From the NCBI GenBank assembly GCA_028534125.1, contig CM052830.1, forward strand, positions 16,926,001 through 16,990,000: 64,000 nt of DNA, in the 5' to 3' direction. The translations under genes and the position numbers were made by a program. This document shows, in pieces, positions 37,701-50,071 of this stretch. How positions within the stretch are numbered: position 1 is the first letter of the stretch; the number at the start of each line of letters is the position of its first letter. The notes below the pieces were generated by a model. The model searched no databases and had not been told where the DNA came from. It worked only from the letters and a program-made list of their open reading frames with translations. Origin of the DNA: Lama glama (Eukaryota).

Positions 37701-40700
37701 CCCAAGTCTTGTTTTATAGAAGGATGAAGCCCAGGGAGGTGAAATTACTTGCTTGAATGAAGAGCCAGGAGTCACCGCCATGCACGCTTATGTCTGAAGC
37801 CCATGGAAGAAGTGGCTATTTGTCCCTCAGTATCTGTCCCCTCTTCTGCTTGTCAGTGTGAGACTCTCTTGTTTTAGCTAGACACGTGGTTCCTGGGACA
37901 ACCACGATTCCCAGCCCCGCTACAGGCCAGGGTGGTCACAGGATGAGCAGAAACAGCAGGTGCAGCCTGCAGGTGGCCGCTGCTCTTGCTCATCCCCGGG
38001 GCTGGGATGTGGACGTTGGTGGTGGGCCAGCCTCGCCCATGCGGGTGACAACATGCAGTAGAGATGGCAAGAGAGCAACAAGAGAGAAGAAACCCGCTCT
38101 CTGGATGACCCCACAGAACTCACATCCTGGACGGCCCACCGGTTGGGATTCTTACGGACGAAACATAAAACAAACCCTGTCTTTACAGCCACTAATATAA
38201 AGCAGTGCAAATCCATATTGTGTTGAATTAGGCAAATCTGCATCCTACTTCCCTCCTCCTTATGTGGAGTGTGTATCCACAACTGGATTTCCTAGAAAGA
38301 ACCAGATTGGAGCTTCTGTGTCCAGCACTGTGGCCGAGCTCTGGATATCTCTATGGTGCCACACAGAACAGTGAAAAAGAGCTTGCAGCCCACTCTGTGT
38401 TGACCTCGCCGCCACCTCCCTCCCTCCCCACGGTCCTGGAGGAGAGGACGTGCTCTCCTTTGGACCACTGACCCCAGCCCACCCCTTCCCAGTCTCGAGG
38501 GCCTTGACCCCAGTAGCATGCCCCCTCCAGTAGTTTCATGTCTTCCCTCACTTGGGTTCCTTACGTTCTATTTCAAACTCATCTAGGCCTTCCTAGCCTT
38601 AAAAAATGAACACACAAAAGATACTCTTGCCCAACTCTGCTGCCCCTTCCAGCTCTTGTCTGCCACCTCCGGCCATGGCCAGGGTCCCTCGACCTACCGC
38701 CTTTTCCTGTCCCTCTGTTTTCTTTTTACTGTCTCCCTCCCACCTCTGCACTCAATCTCTTGTCCAATCCACTTCATTTCGCCCTCCACCTCCTCCTCCT
38801 CTATCCGGGCAGCAAATGCACCCTAAGAAAGGTGGGAAGTGACAAGCACTTGGAACTTTGGATCTGTCCTGGTCACCTCCACAACAACCCCAGAAACCTC
38901 GTTTCTGAAATGAAGGGACCTCGGGCTGCCCCTAACTTCAGCTCATCACTGAGACTGCTGACCTGGCCCCTAGGTGCCTTCTCTTCAAGGATGCAGTTAC
39001 AGAGCACAACAATCTCTTACCTCAATTTGCAGCCCAAACCACACCACAGACACCATGTGGCTTCCCTGTGACCTTGACTTGAGCAACCGCAGAGCACAGA
39101 GCTCAGCCCCGTGACACAACCAGTGCCCACAGTCAAAGGCTGTGGGTCTAATGAGCCGTAAGCAGCACCCACCCTGCTCTCGGTGCCCTCACCCCGCTCC
39201 CTTACCCACAGGAGGGGCTGGCTCCCCTGCCCGGCCCGTCACCCAGCACACATCCCGCGGGCGGGCGGGTCTGCAGTCCCTCTGAGGATGTTTATTGTTT
39301 TAGAATTCTGCAGACTCAGGGAGGTGGTGGTTTCTTTGAAGCATCTCAGTCCAAGATGCAAAAGCACTGCATGGCAAAGCTGAGAAAACACTCCCCCTGG
39401 AATCCGCATTCGCCTCCTCTGGCTGCTGTAACCGCTCACCACAAACTTCACGGCTTAAAACAACAGGGATTTCTATTCTGACAGTCCTCGGGGTCAGAAG
39501 TCCGAAGTCAGTTTCACCGGGTCAGCAGGCAGGCTGCGGGCACGGCGGGTTCGGCCCAGGGCTCCGGGGAGGGTCCGCTCCTGGCCTTCCGCAGAGTCCA
39601 TTGCCACCCGTATTCCTTGGCTGGTGGAACCTTCCTCCATCTTCGCTGTGCAACACTCCAGTCTGCTACAGTCGTCACATCACTTTCTCCTCTGACTCTG
39701 ACCCTCCTGTATCCCTCTTATAAGGACCCTTTTGATTCCACGAGCCCGCCCAGATCATCCAGGATCATCCCCTATCCCACAGGCCTTAACTGAATCATAC
39801 CTGCAAAGTCCCTTCTGTCACGTAACGTAGCACTCACAGTCACCAAGGATTAGCACAGGGACACCTTTGGGGGCCGTTACTCAGTCTGCCACAGGGTCCT
39901 TCTTTTAAAAAGTCTCAGGTATTTTAAAAGTTAACTGTTCAAAGAGTCTATTTACTATAAGGTACTGTCATCCCCTGAGCTTCCTGATGCCAAAGGGCCA
40001 GGAGTGGACGCCACGGCCGGGGGCTGTCAGGCCTTCAGCTTCACGCAGGTTCTAACATCGACCAGAGGAGAGAGTCTGAAGAAAGTCAGTGCTGCAGAAT
40101 GCTGGGGCCTGCCCTCCAGCACATCCCACTGTGGCTTCTGGCTCGGGCCACAAGGCCACGTGTCTGCACGGTTTTAAGGCCCAGAAGCACAGTCCCCTCT
40201 GGCTACCCATGCGGAGCCTCTCTCCCATCCCTGGGTTGTCTGCGGCTACTGGACCTTCACAAGCAGCCAGTCTCAAGGACTTCAAGTGGGATTTAGGTCT
40301 TCTGCACCCCGGCTGGACAGAAAGCTGCACCCAGAGCAGTGTCCGATGCTGATAAGGAAAGGGGCTCCCGGGCATGCCAGCTTTAAACCCCCAAAGTCCA
40401 GTGACTGATCAAGAATTGATTGCATGTGTCTAACGATAGAGAGTCAGGCCCAGAAGGATCCAGAAGGGCTTTCAGCAGTCACTTAAGCCAGCTCCCTAAC
40501 TTCACCCTTGAGGAAACTGAAGGCAGACAATGCGCAGGGCTTGCCCAGTGATCTGGTGGAGGCAGGGGTGAGAACGTGGGGGACACGACCCTCACGAAAA
40601 GAGGTCCTCTCGGCACCTACGACTGCTGCTGGGTGCTGTTCTGCACCTGAGCAAGACCTCATGGGGCCTCCGTCGGACAGACCCCTCCCCCATGCCCTCT

Positions 40701-43700
40701 GCATTAACTCCTCTCTCAAGCACCTGGATAACAGTATCTGATGCATATTTCCGGAGTGTTTCAGATGCTAAAGCCACCAGGGAATGGAAGAAATTAGCTA
40801 CCTGATGATCAGGAGCACGTAGGCCCCAGACCTTCTGGGGCCTAAGGATTGATCACCATCAACCAATGAGAGAATTGTGCACAGCTGACCACCTACCTTG
40901 GGACGCCCCTCCCTCACCTGGCCTTTAAACATGCTTTGCTGAAACCCCTCAAGGAGTTCGGGGTTTTGCGGGGGTATGTACCACCCATTTCCCTCGCTCA
41001 GCCCTGCAATAAACCTTTCTCTGCTCCAAACTCTGACATTTCAGTTTGGCCTCATGGTGCGTCCAGCTCACAAACTTGCCTTGGGTGACAGTTTCTCTTC
41101 GCCACCAGATGCTGGCTCTGGGACCGAGTGTGCACTGTGAGCCTGGCCCTTCGCCATGAGGATGTGGAATATGAGACTTTTTACAGTCTGTGTACCCTGG
41201 ATGCTGACTTCGAGGGCTGAGTATGTCCCCTGTGTCCAGTCAGAGGTGAGCTCTCACGACAGCCACTGGGGTGTGCTGCCGTCAGTCTCTCTTGGGGAGG
41301 GCAGTCAGCAGAGAGCGTCCAGCTCAGGTCATGCTCCCCTTGGACTGAGCACGGCAGAGGTCCTAGAGCCAGGCCGCCGCTGCCCCACGCAGAACCCCCT
41401 AACAGGCAGGCTGTGCTCTGGGGCCCCCGTCCCTGGTTTCCCGAACCACCCAGTTCAGAACACTCCCTGCAGAGAAGTAGGTCGGTAGAAACAGACCCTT
41501 CTTTTCCCAGAGCCGGTACCTTTCCCTTAGGACTTCCCGGCTCCTTGTCTTCCGGGCCTCATGCCTTTGGGCACGCTGGATCCAGACCTTTCCTTCACCA
41601 GTGGACACCCCAAAGGCAACTTTGCTGGCAACACCCAGAAAAACTTCTACAGGCTTGCTCGGCCATGCAAGGCCACCTTGGACTGTTCTTGGGGTGCAGA
41701 GGAAGCACTGCCTGCCAGGGCCCTAGTGGCAACTCAGAGGTGCCCGCGGACTGGCCAGAGCAGCTGATGGGGACCTGGGGGGCTGGTACTGAGAGGCACA
41801 GCGTAACGCATGCTTCCCGAAGGGATGCCTCCCCAGCCCTGCCACCCAGGGTTGAGCACACCACGGAAGAGGTTGCACAGAGAGCCACAGGCTCAGTCCT
41901 GCCGGCCAGGGGCATAGGAAAGGAGCTTCCCACACGGCTCCGAGGAGCGCAGCACCCCCCGCCCCAGCAGCCTGTAGGACGGACAGAGTAAAACCCAAAC
42001 TCTTATCAGCTTACCCGCCATCACTGCCCCACATCCCCTTCTGCTCCAGCCAGACCCGACCACCCGTCCTTCCCTGAGCAAGCCTCCACTTTCCCACATC
42101 TCAGAGCTTTTACCTAAGCTGCTCCCTCTAGTTGGGACAGCCCTCTCCAACTGCCCATGTGGCAAATCACTCTGCCCTTCAAGATCCAGCTCCAATGGCT
42201 CCTTCTCAGTGAAGTTTTCCCCCACCACCCTTAGCGTCAGCCTTTCCATCTCGGGGTCCCTGCATCACTAGGCAGAGGCAGGAAAACCAGGCCGAGCCTC
42301 CCTATCTCCAGGCCACACCCCCCCAGACTTTCAACCACCCCTCAGAACACACCCATTTCAGTGCCCAGGGGACTCCTCTATTTGTCAGTATCCCCCTTAA
42401 AATACGGTGTCCCGGCAGGATGCTGACCAGAGGCTCCTGCTCCTGTGGGTGGCCCGAGGGCCTTCCTCGGGGATCCAGTCTCAACACAACCGGACAGGTA
42501 GGATAGTGGATGGGGAGGACTGTGGCTCTGGAGTCCAGCTGTCTGGGTCGGATCCCAACTCAGATCGTGGCCCTGAGTCCCTGAACACGTTAAGCTCCCT
42601 GAACCTCAGGTCTTTCATCTATAAAGTGGAGATAAAAATAGCCCATATCTCAAAAGGTAGCTATGATTGTTAAGTGAGCTAGTCCCTGGACTGCGCTTAG
42701 ACCAGCCCCGGGCACATGGTAGGGGTTAATGTAACAGGAGCCACACAGGCCGCTGTCCCCGAATGAAGGCTGGAACCCAGGGCTCCCACCACTACCCTCA
42801 CGCCTACAATGGTGGCGATTTGATAGAAAACAGGCTTGACAGCTTTCCTTGTTTCACAGGGGAAACCAGCAGGGGTAGGAGTGACTTCCAGGTAGATGGA
42901 GGGGCTGCGTTTATCAGACTCCTGTGAGCAGAGTAAGACAGACTGAGAGCTGAAAGAATATTCCAGTCACACCGCCTCCTCCCCCAAGGCGGGGCTCCCT
43001 GTCAGGACTTCTGCGAAGCCTTGCGGCCAGTTTATCTGTCCTGCTGCCGCGTTCACAGGGCACTCCCAGCCTGCTATCCCCGGGAAGCTGTGGGTCCTGC
43101 GTTCCCAGCATCCCGTCCCGTCTGCCGAGTTCTCCCTCCTGGCTTCACCCTCCCTTCCATCTCCAAGTTCTGATACATGAAGGCCAGCCAGGGAAGAGCA
43201 GACATGGCCAAGCTAGACATGTGTCAAATAATCTAGAAGGGCCATGAGCACAGGCAAGGACTGGGGAAGGCCTGGGACACAGGGGACAATGGGGCCTGCC
43301 CCTCCAGACCACTGAGGACAAGCCCAGAGGGACCTGGGCTGGAGGGTCCCAGAGGGGCAAATTTAAACTACAGAGCTCCCCAGATCCCTCCTACAGTCCG
43401 TCACCTTCAAATGAAGATGCTGGGGACGGGGCCTTCAGGAAGCGAGAACAAAGCAGAACACACAGCCCTGGAGCCAGAGAGCTCTGAGTTTGAATCTCGG
43501 CTCAGACCGACCTAGTAGACTTGTTCTGTCTACACCAGCAGCCCCCGCTAGAGATTTCTGAGATGGTGGAAATGCTCTGTTTTGTGCCATACAATATGGT
43601 AGCTATTAGTCACATGGGGCTACTGAACTCCCCAAATCTGGCTATTATGACTGAGGAATGGAATGTTTAATTTTGCTTAATTTTAATTAAATTTAAATAG

Positions 43701-44387
43701 CCACACGTGGCTGGTCACTGCCATACTGGAAGGCATGCGTCTAGACATTTAATTTCCATGAACCTCAGTCTCCTTGTCTGTGTTGTGGAGAAGAGAGCCC
43801 CCACCCTGTCATGTTAACATGAGGAGTGGACAAGATGGTTTATGCAAAGTGCTTAGCATATCATAGGAAACTCAAAACTGTGAATACAGTAGTATTACTT
43901 AAAGGTGTGTGTGTGGAGGTGGGGGTTACAAGCAAAGGAGGAAGCTGGGAATGAAAACAGGGCAGAAAACTGAGGAGATTTCCAATCGCCATGTCAGGAG
44001 GTGTTGAGAGGTGGCTGGCAAAACTTTTGACCTATTTTTTTCAGATGATTCACACACACTTTCATTTCATTTTGTTTTGTTTGTACTTTGTTACCCCCAT
44101 CTGTTTCCTGTCAGAAAATCCTTAAAATGCAAAAAAAAAAAAAAAAAGCCTATTTACTGGAATTTGGGGGCAGTGAGGAAGGAGGATCCAGGAAAGCTGT
44201 GTCCCTCCCTGCAGCCGGCCTGGGGACGGGGACACTCATTGATAATTGGGTGGGGAGCACAGTTTTGGGAAAAGAATGAAGCAGGTGGAATCCTTGCTTC
44301 ACGTCAGTGGGGGATGGAGAGCCAGACAAGAGGCTTGGAGCTGAATAGGAGAAATGTGAGCCTTTCCAGGACAGAAAGACAGACAGT

Positions 44388-44418
<31 letters not shown>

Positions 44419-47400
44419 CCGCTACACACACTCCTCACACATACCCCTACCGTGGGCTCTTCTGATGCTCTCCACCAGGAGCCATTGTTTCCATGTAAGC
44501 CCTAAAGCTTCTGAGCAAGATGGTCCACTCTGAGCCTAATAACTTCACGGGGAGTGGCGGAGGCTGGGCTGTGAGTCGAAACGAATCTGCTGAATTTTAC
44601 TTTTTGTAGTTTTACTTCCAAAATAATAGATATTTTGACTATATTGGCTATGCTTTCTCAGTCTATAGTCTCCCTCCTGCTCACAAACTCCAATACTTCT
44701 CCAGGCGTAATGGTCCTGGAGTAGCTGATATTTTTAATACCCAGTATTGATTCTCCTTTCTTCTGGTAATACATCCCAATTTTCCTTTAGGGAGTGACTC
44801 TTTGTCCATTCAATGTGGTCTTGGAGGGATGGTCATTGAAGGTGCCCCAGCCAGAGGGTGAACACACAGGATATCAGCCTAATCAGTGCTTTCTCCCTGG
44901 AAGGTGACTTTTGAGCACTACATCCCAGGAATGAAGCATAGTTCCTGCAGACAGCAGTGCCCTAAGGATGCTGCCCATTTGTCCCTGCTACCCAGACCCC
45001 TGCAGCTGCCCTATTCCTGGTCCTTCTGCAGCCTGGCTACTCAGCTTCTACTTAGTTTTCTAAGTTCAATAGCTGCCCAGTGAATTCTTTTTTGCTTAAG
45101 ATAGTCAAGTTGGATTCTGTTGCTTACAACCAAGAACACTAATTGATACATAACTCCTCCCACTAAGAAAAATTGACCTTGACTACTGCACCATGTGGTT
45201 TGCTTTGGTCAATGGAAAATGGGTGTGAGAATGTTCTAGTTCTGAGCACAGGCCTTAAGAGTCCTCCCATGTTTCTGCTCACTTCTTCCCCATGAGCACA
45301 GTATGTTCTGAGAAGAATGAGAGCCACATGGAGCTGACCTGAACCCCACTCAGCCTAAAGCAAAGCTTAGTCAAGAGATACTGAACCCCAGACAGCCTGC
45401 AGATGCATAGGTAAGAAATAGATGCTTGCCATGAGATTTCAAAGGGTTGCTGTTGTTGTTGTTGTTGTTATGCAGCATTATTATGGCAATAGCTGACTGA
45501 TACAGATTAGTTGTGATTTCCATCAACTTTAAGCCTAACAATTTTCAGATTCGTCTAGCCTAGGGAAGGGTTAGTGAAAGTCCTACCTGCTACTTTGACC
45601 TGGTTGGAGGCACAGGCTTTGCAGGGAAGCACCTGGAACTCTTCTGCTTGGTACATGGAGTAATCAGTACTTGCAATAACCAGGGTGTCTCCAGGCTTCC
45701 ATGATTGTACATTGTCTTCCAGATTCAGGATGGTGCTGTTCACATTGGTGTCGATGGTGACGGTGAGCTTGGGCCTCACTGTAACCCAAAGCAGGAGAGC
45801 CTGAGATCTAAACCTTTGCTCAGGGCAAACTTCTCACTCCCTATCTCTTCCCTTCCTCTCCTTCAATCAGTAAATGTCGGGTTTGCCTATCCAAAACCCA
45901 AATCACCAGGCTCACCCCATCCCAGTCTTGGTACAGGTTTTTGAAGTCAACAAAAACTCTACCAGAAAAGAGCCATTCATTAGCTCTGGGCAGGGGAATT
46001 TTCCACTAACTCCTCAGCTGGAGTTAAATGTAGCTGCCTCACCACACCCACTTTGCAAAAGATGTAAAACAAATATAGCTCCTCTCAACTATTATTTACA
46101 GTAGCTGTAAGCCTCCCTTCCAAAGAACTCCCATCCCTAATGACTGCCCTCTGGAGATGGCCAAGTGCCTCTGAGAACAAACCGAACATTTCCAATCCCT
46201 CCTAACGAGCACCTCGGAACCAGCTTTAAAATAATAGCACCCAGTGAGGCAATGAGTTCTGGGTCTCTGCAGGGGAGGGCTGCAGGAAGGCCAGCTCTGT
46301 CCACGGCACCCCGGTTTTCTTGGACCAGGCCTTTATCCTTCCTGAAAGGCATATGGGCAGGGCGGGGTTCTGTAAGCTCCTGCCAACTCCGAGGACCATC
46401 CCACTGCTCCTGCATCCCAGAAGTGCTCTCCATTGTGAACTTGGCAGGAGCACGGTGTCACTGAGATAGCCGAAGGCAGCCGGTCCAGCCATTCAAACTC
46501 ACAATGCACGGCTGCCAGCTCAAGGAACAGAGCCACAGTTGCATTTCTGTCCCCAGCAAGGAGCTGCTTACCAGGTTTCCCACAGAGGAACCGCACACGG
46601 TAGCTCTGGCAGGCTCGGCCCTGGTCGTAGCACACAAACCTATAATCCTGGCCTTTTTTGTAGACAGCCTCAGTGGTGAGGTTAACTCCATCTGCTGTAG
46701 TGGCCTGGGGAAGGCACAGAAATTATAGAGCAAAGTCACTTCTTTTTGTAAAGAAGGAAGGTGATGATTAATTCTATAAACATATACTCACGAGTCTAAA
46801 ATTGTTTCTGCTCCAAAATTGATTTACAATGGCCTTAGATTATTATTCTACCGTTTCCCCTTTTCGATTTTGTTATAAGAAAGACAGCGTGAAGACATAG
46901 GATGGATAAACATCTTGCCTGGGGTCCTATGGTATCTGAGATCCAAACCGGGGACTGACTGCCCTGGTGAACATCTCATGGAGAGAATCTGCAACAAGCA
47001 CACTCTTTCAGGAGCAGAACCAGCTGCCTCTTACAACTCGGACCTCCACCCCAGGACCATCAACAGTGGCCAACACGTATGACAGGCTCACTACGATCAA
47101 CCCACTGGTGCCCAAATGTGGTTCCACATTCTGTGGGGAGTCTTTAGAAACACGCATGCCCAGGCCACATCCTTGGTGTCTCAGATTTGACTGTGTCTGG
47201 GGTGCAGCCTGGGCATCAGGACTTTTCAGAGCTGCCCAGGTGACTCCACTGGGCAGTAAAGTTTGAGAACCCCTCTTGTAGTTGCGAAGCTGAGTGCTCA
47301 CGTACATTATCTCATCCCACCTTCATGGCTGTGAGGGCTGTGAGGGCTGTGAGGGCTGTGAGGGCTGTGAGGTCGCTGGTGGTTTTACAGATCTGGAAAC

Positions 47401-50018
47401 TGATGCTCAGAGAGGTTGGGTAACTTGCCAACATCACAAAGCCAGTATGTGGCAGAGCTAAAATTTGAATCCAGATGCATCCAACTACAGAGCTGGTGCG
47501 TCTCAGTCCCTCCCACTGCTGCCCTCAGACATACCACCTACAGTCCTTTTTTCAGCGTCTGTCTCCTCCCAGTGGATGGTGGGCTCTGGGAGGGCCAGGT
47601 TTTGCCTGCCTTCCTGATCCCAGCATCCAGTCCAGGTCCCAGCATAGATCGGAGTCCGTTGATGGGAGCTGATGGGTGAGCAGCTTCAAGGCCAGGTAGA
47701 GAATTTAAGGGCGCTCAGAGGAGGGCAGGATTCCTGCCAGCTGGGGCTCATCCCAGGACCAGGGTGTGTCCGCACCAAGACTGTGGCTGTCATCAGAGAC
47801 TTGCAATTTAGAGCAAGGGCTGCAGCTGTTGTCCTCTTTGGCACGAAGACCAAAGGGACCAGGGATGAGCAAATAGGGAGGCAAAGTGCAGTCAATCTAA
47901 AAAGGAGGAGGGGGCACTATATAAGAAACATCGTTTTGAACCCAGCAGATATCTGCTGCCTTTGGCTTGGGAGGAGAGCTACGTAGATGTGAGTTCAGCC
48001 AGAATTAAAATTCAGCCCCTTCCTGCAACAGCACCCTCACAGCGATCACCTCAGAGGGGTTCAGGAGCAAAGCTCGAGGTCGCCTGGCTGTCATGCCCTC
48101 TCCTCTGACCCCCTGACCTTTTTCCCTGAGGCCAGCACGTTTTTCAGTAGAGCACCCCTTAATACTAAGAACTGAGCCTGAAAACATCATTCAGTGGAGC
48201 TGGACGTGTTTTAAGGCACAACATCCAACAATAATTTCAAGAAAAACATCTACTCAGTGTCGCTGCTTTTCTTTTTTTCCTTTTTTTAACCAGAAGAGTC
48301 ACCTCAGTTTGGGAAAGGGCTCAGGGCTCCACCACTGCTCAGTGAGCCTGGATTGAGCTTTAAGTAGATGCAATTTGATTGTTATTCATGGTACTAATTA
48401 TAAAGTAACTAGCAATCTCATAATAGTAATACAAGAAAATTATTTTAGAATTATTTTAAAATTATGGGCACTCAGTACAGGTCAGGGGCTTCATGTACTG
48501 TTGCACTAGATCCATGAAATAATTCCATGAAGGAACAATTATTATCTCCATTTTTGCTTATGAAGAAATTGAGATACTAAACTAAGTAACCTGACGCCCT
48601 AGTGAGGCACCGCGGTGCAAAATTTAAGGTGGCACTCACTCTGCCGGTCATGCAAGTGCAGAGTGGGCACCTGAGAGGGAGCGCCACCTTAAATCTTGTG
48701 CCGTTGGCACCTCACCTGTCTAATCCTCGTCCTGACACTGTTGATATGCCAGAGCTCACAAGGGGCAGAGCTAGGAATGCAAACTGGGCTCTATCTGGTT
48801 TCAAATACATTTTCCGAACCACCAGACTGACCTCCTGCCACTGCACCAGGGCTGTGGGGGTGTGGGGACTGCCCAGCACGGTCTCCTCCCCAAGGAAGTG
48901 TGAGTCCAGGGGTTCCCACTGGCCTTGAAGGGCGGGTGGGTTTTAAGAAAGAAGATGGGAGGAAAGGGGATTTCAGCCCAGGAGAACCGCAAGGGGGACA
49001 AAGACACGGGGACAGGGGGGCTGCAGTTTGGGTTCTGATTTTGCAGAACCACAAACTATCAGATCTTGAAGGTCTCCTTGAGTTGAGGTCAACTGGGCTG
49101 GTCTCAGTAGTTCCTCTCTCTCCAGCTTGCCCCCTCCCACCCTGCCTAGGTGACAGGAGTTCTTAACACCCTCTCCTTGTGCAGAGGCTTTGACTGGCTG
49201 TCAGGGACCTTGGGGGCAGCCACAGCTCTGAAGAGTCTTCAGGAACACTGGGCCCGGCAGGGTGGTCACAGTCACCTGTGATTTCCCACAGTGGCAAAAA
49301 CTGGCGTGTGGCAAGCTCAGTCCTGTTCAGGCTCTTCTGTGGGTTAATCAGCTAGGGCTCCTGGCTGACGTGTCTGATGCCCTATTTATAAAGAGGATGA
49401 AATCTTGCTTCTCTCACCTGGGGTGAGCAGAGGACAAGTCTAGCTTGGCTTTTCTGATTTCAGAAAAACTCAGAATATATTCCACCTCATTGCCTTTTGT
49501 GTTTAAAGAGATGCTCTGGGTAAGTTTGGGGCCACTCCTAATTAAAGGCTGATGGTGAGAAAAGGGGAGAACTTGGCATCTCCAGGATGGAGCACCCCAC
49601 CCTTTGCTCCACAGGTAGAGGTTTAATTCACTTTCAGAGGTACGTGGCATATTTTTACATGACTGCTTCAACGAGCCTTTACTTTGCCAAGAAAAAGCCG
49701 AGATCCTATTTTGGAATTGAGAGTTTTGAACTAATAAGGGGCTACAATGCCTAGCAAAATAGTGTCAAAGAATGCACTTTTGTGTGGAGGCTGGCCCAAG
49801 CCTCAGGGTAATGCAGAAAACAGTTGTTGGGTCTTTCATTCTTCTCTGGACTTGGAACAGTTGAGAACTTGAACTCAGGGAAGTCATTGTCAAGGATACT
49901 CCTTTTGTTGAAAGAGAAACTGGTCCCTGCAATATGGCAGGAGACGGGTGGTTGCGGAGCATGGGATTGGGTCCCTACAGAAGGTCTGGGATTACGCAGT
50001 TGGTGAGCAATCACATAC

Positions 50019-50071
<53 letters not shown>

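Noticed and set aside
47327-47371. CRISPR-like array
   Set aside because: It is a simple tandem repeat with no spacers, in eukaryotic DNA.
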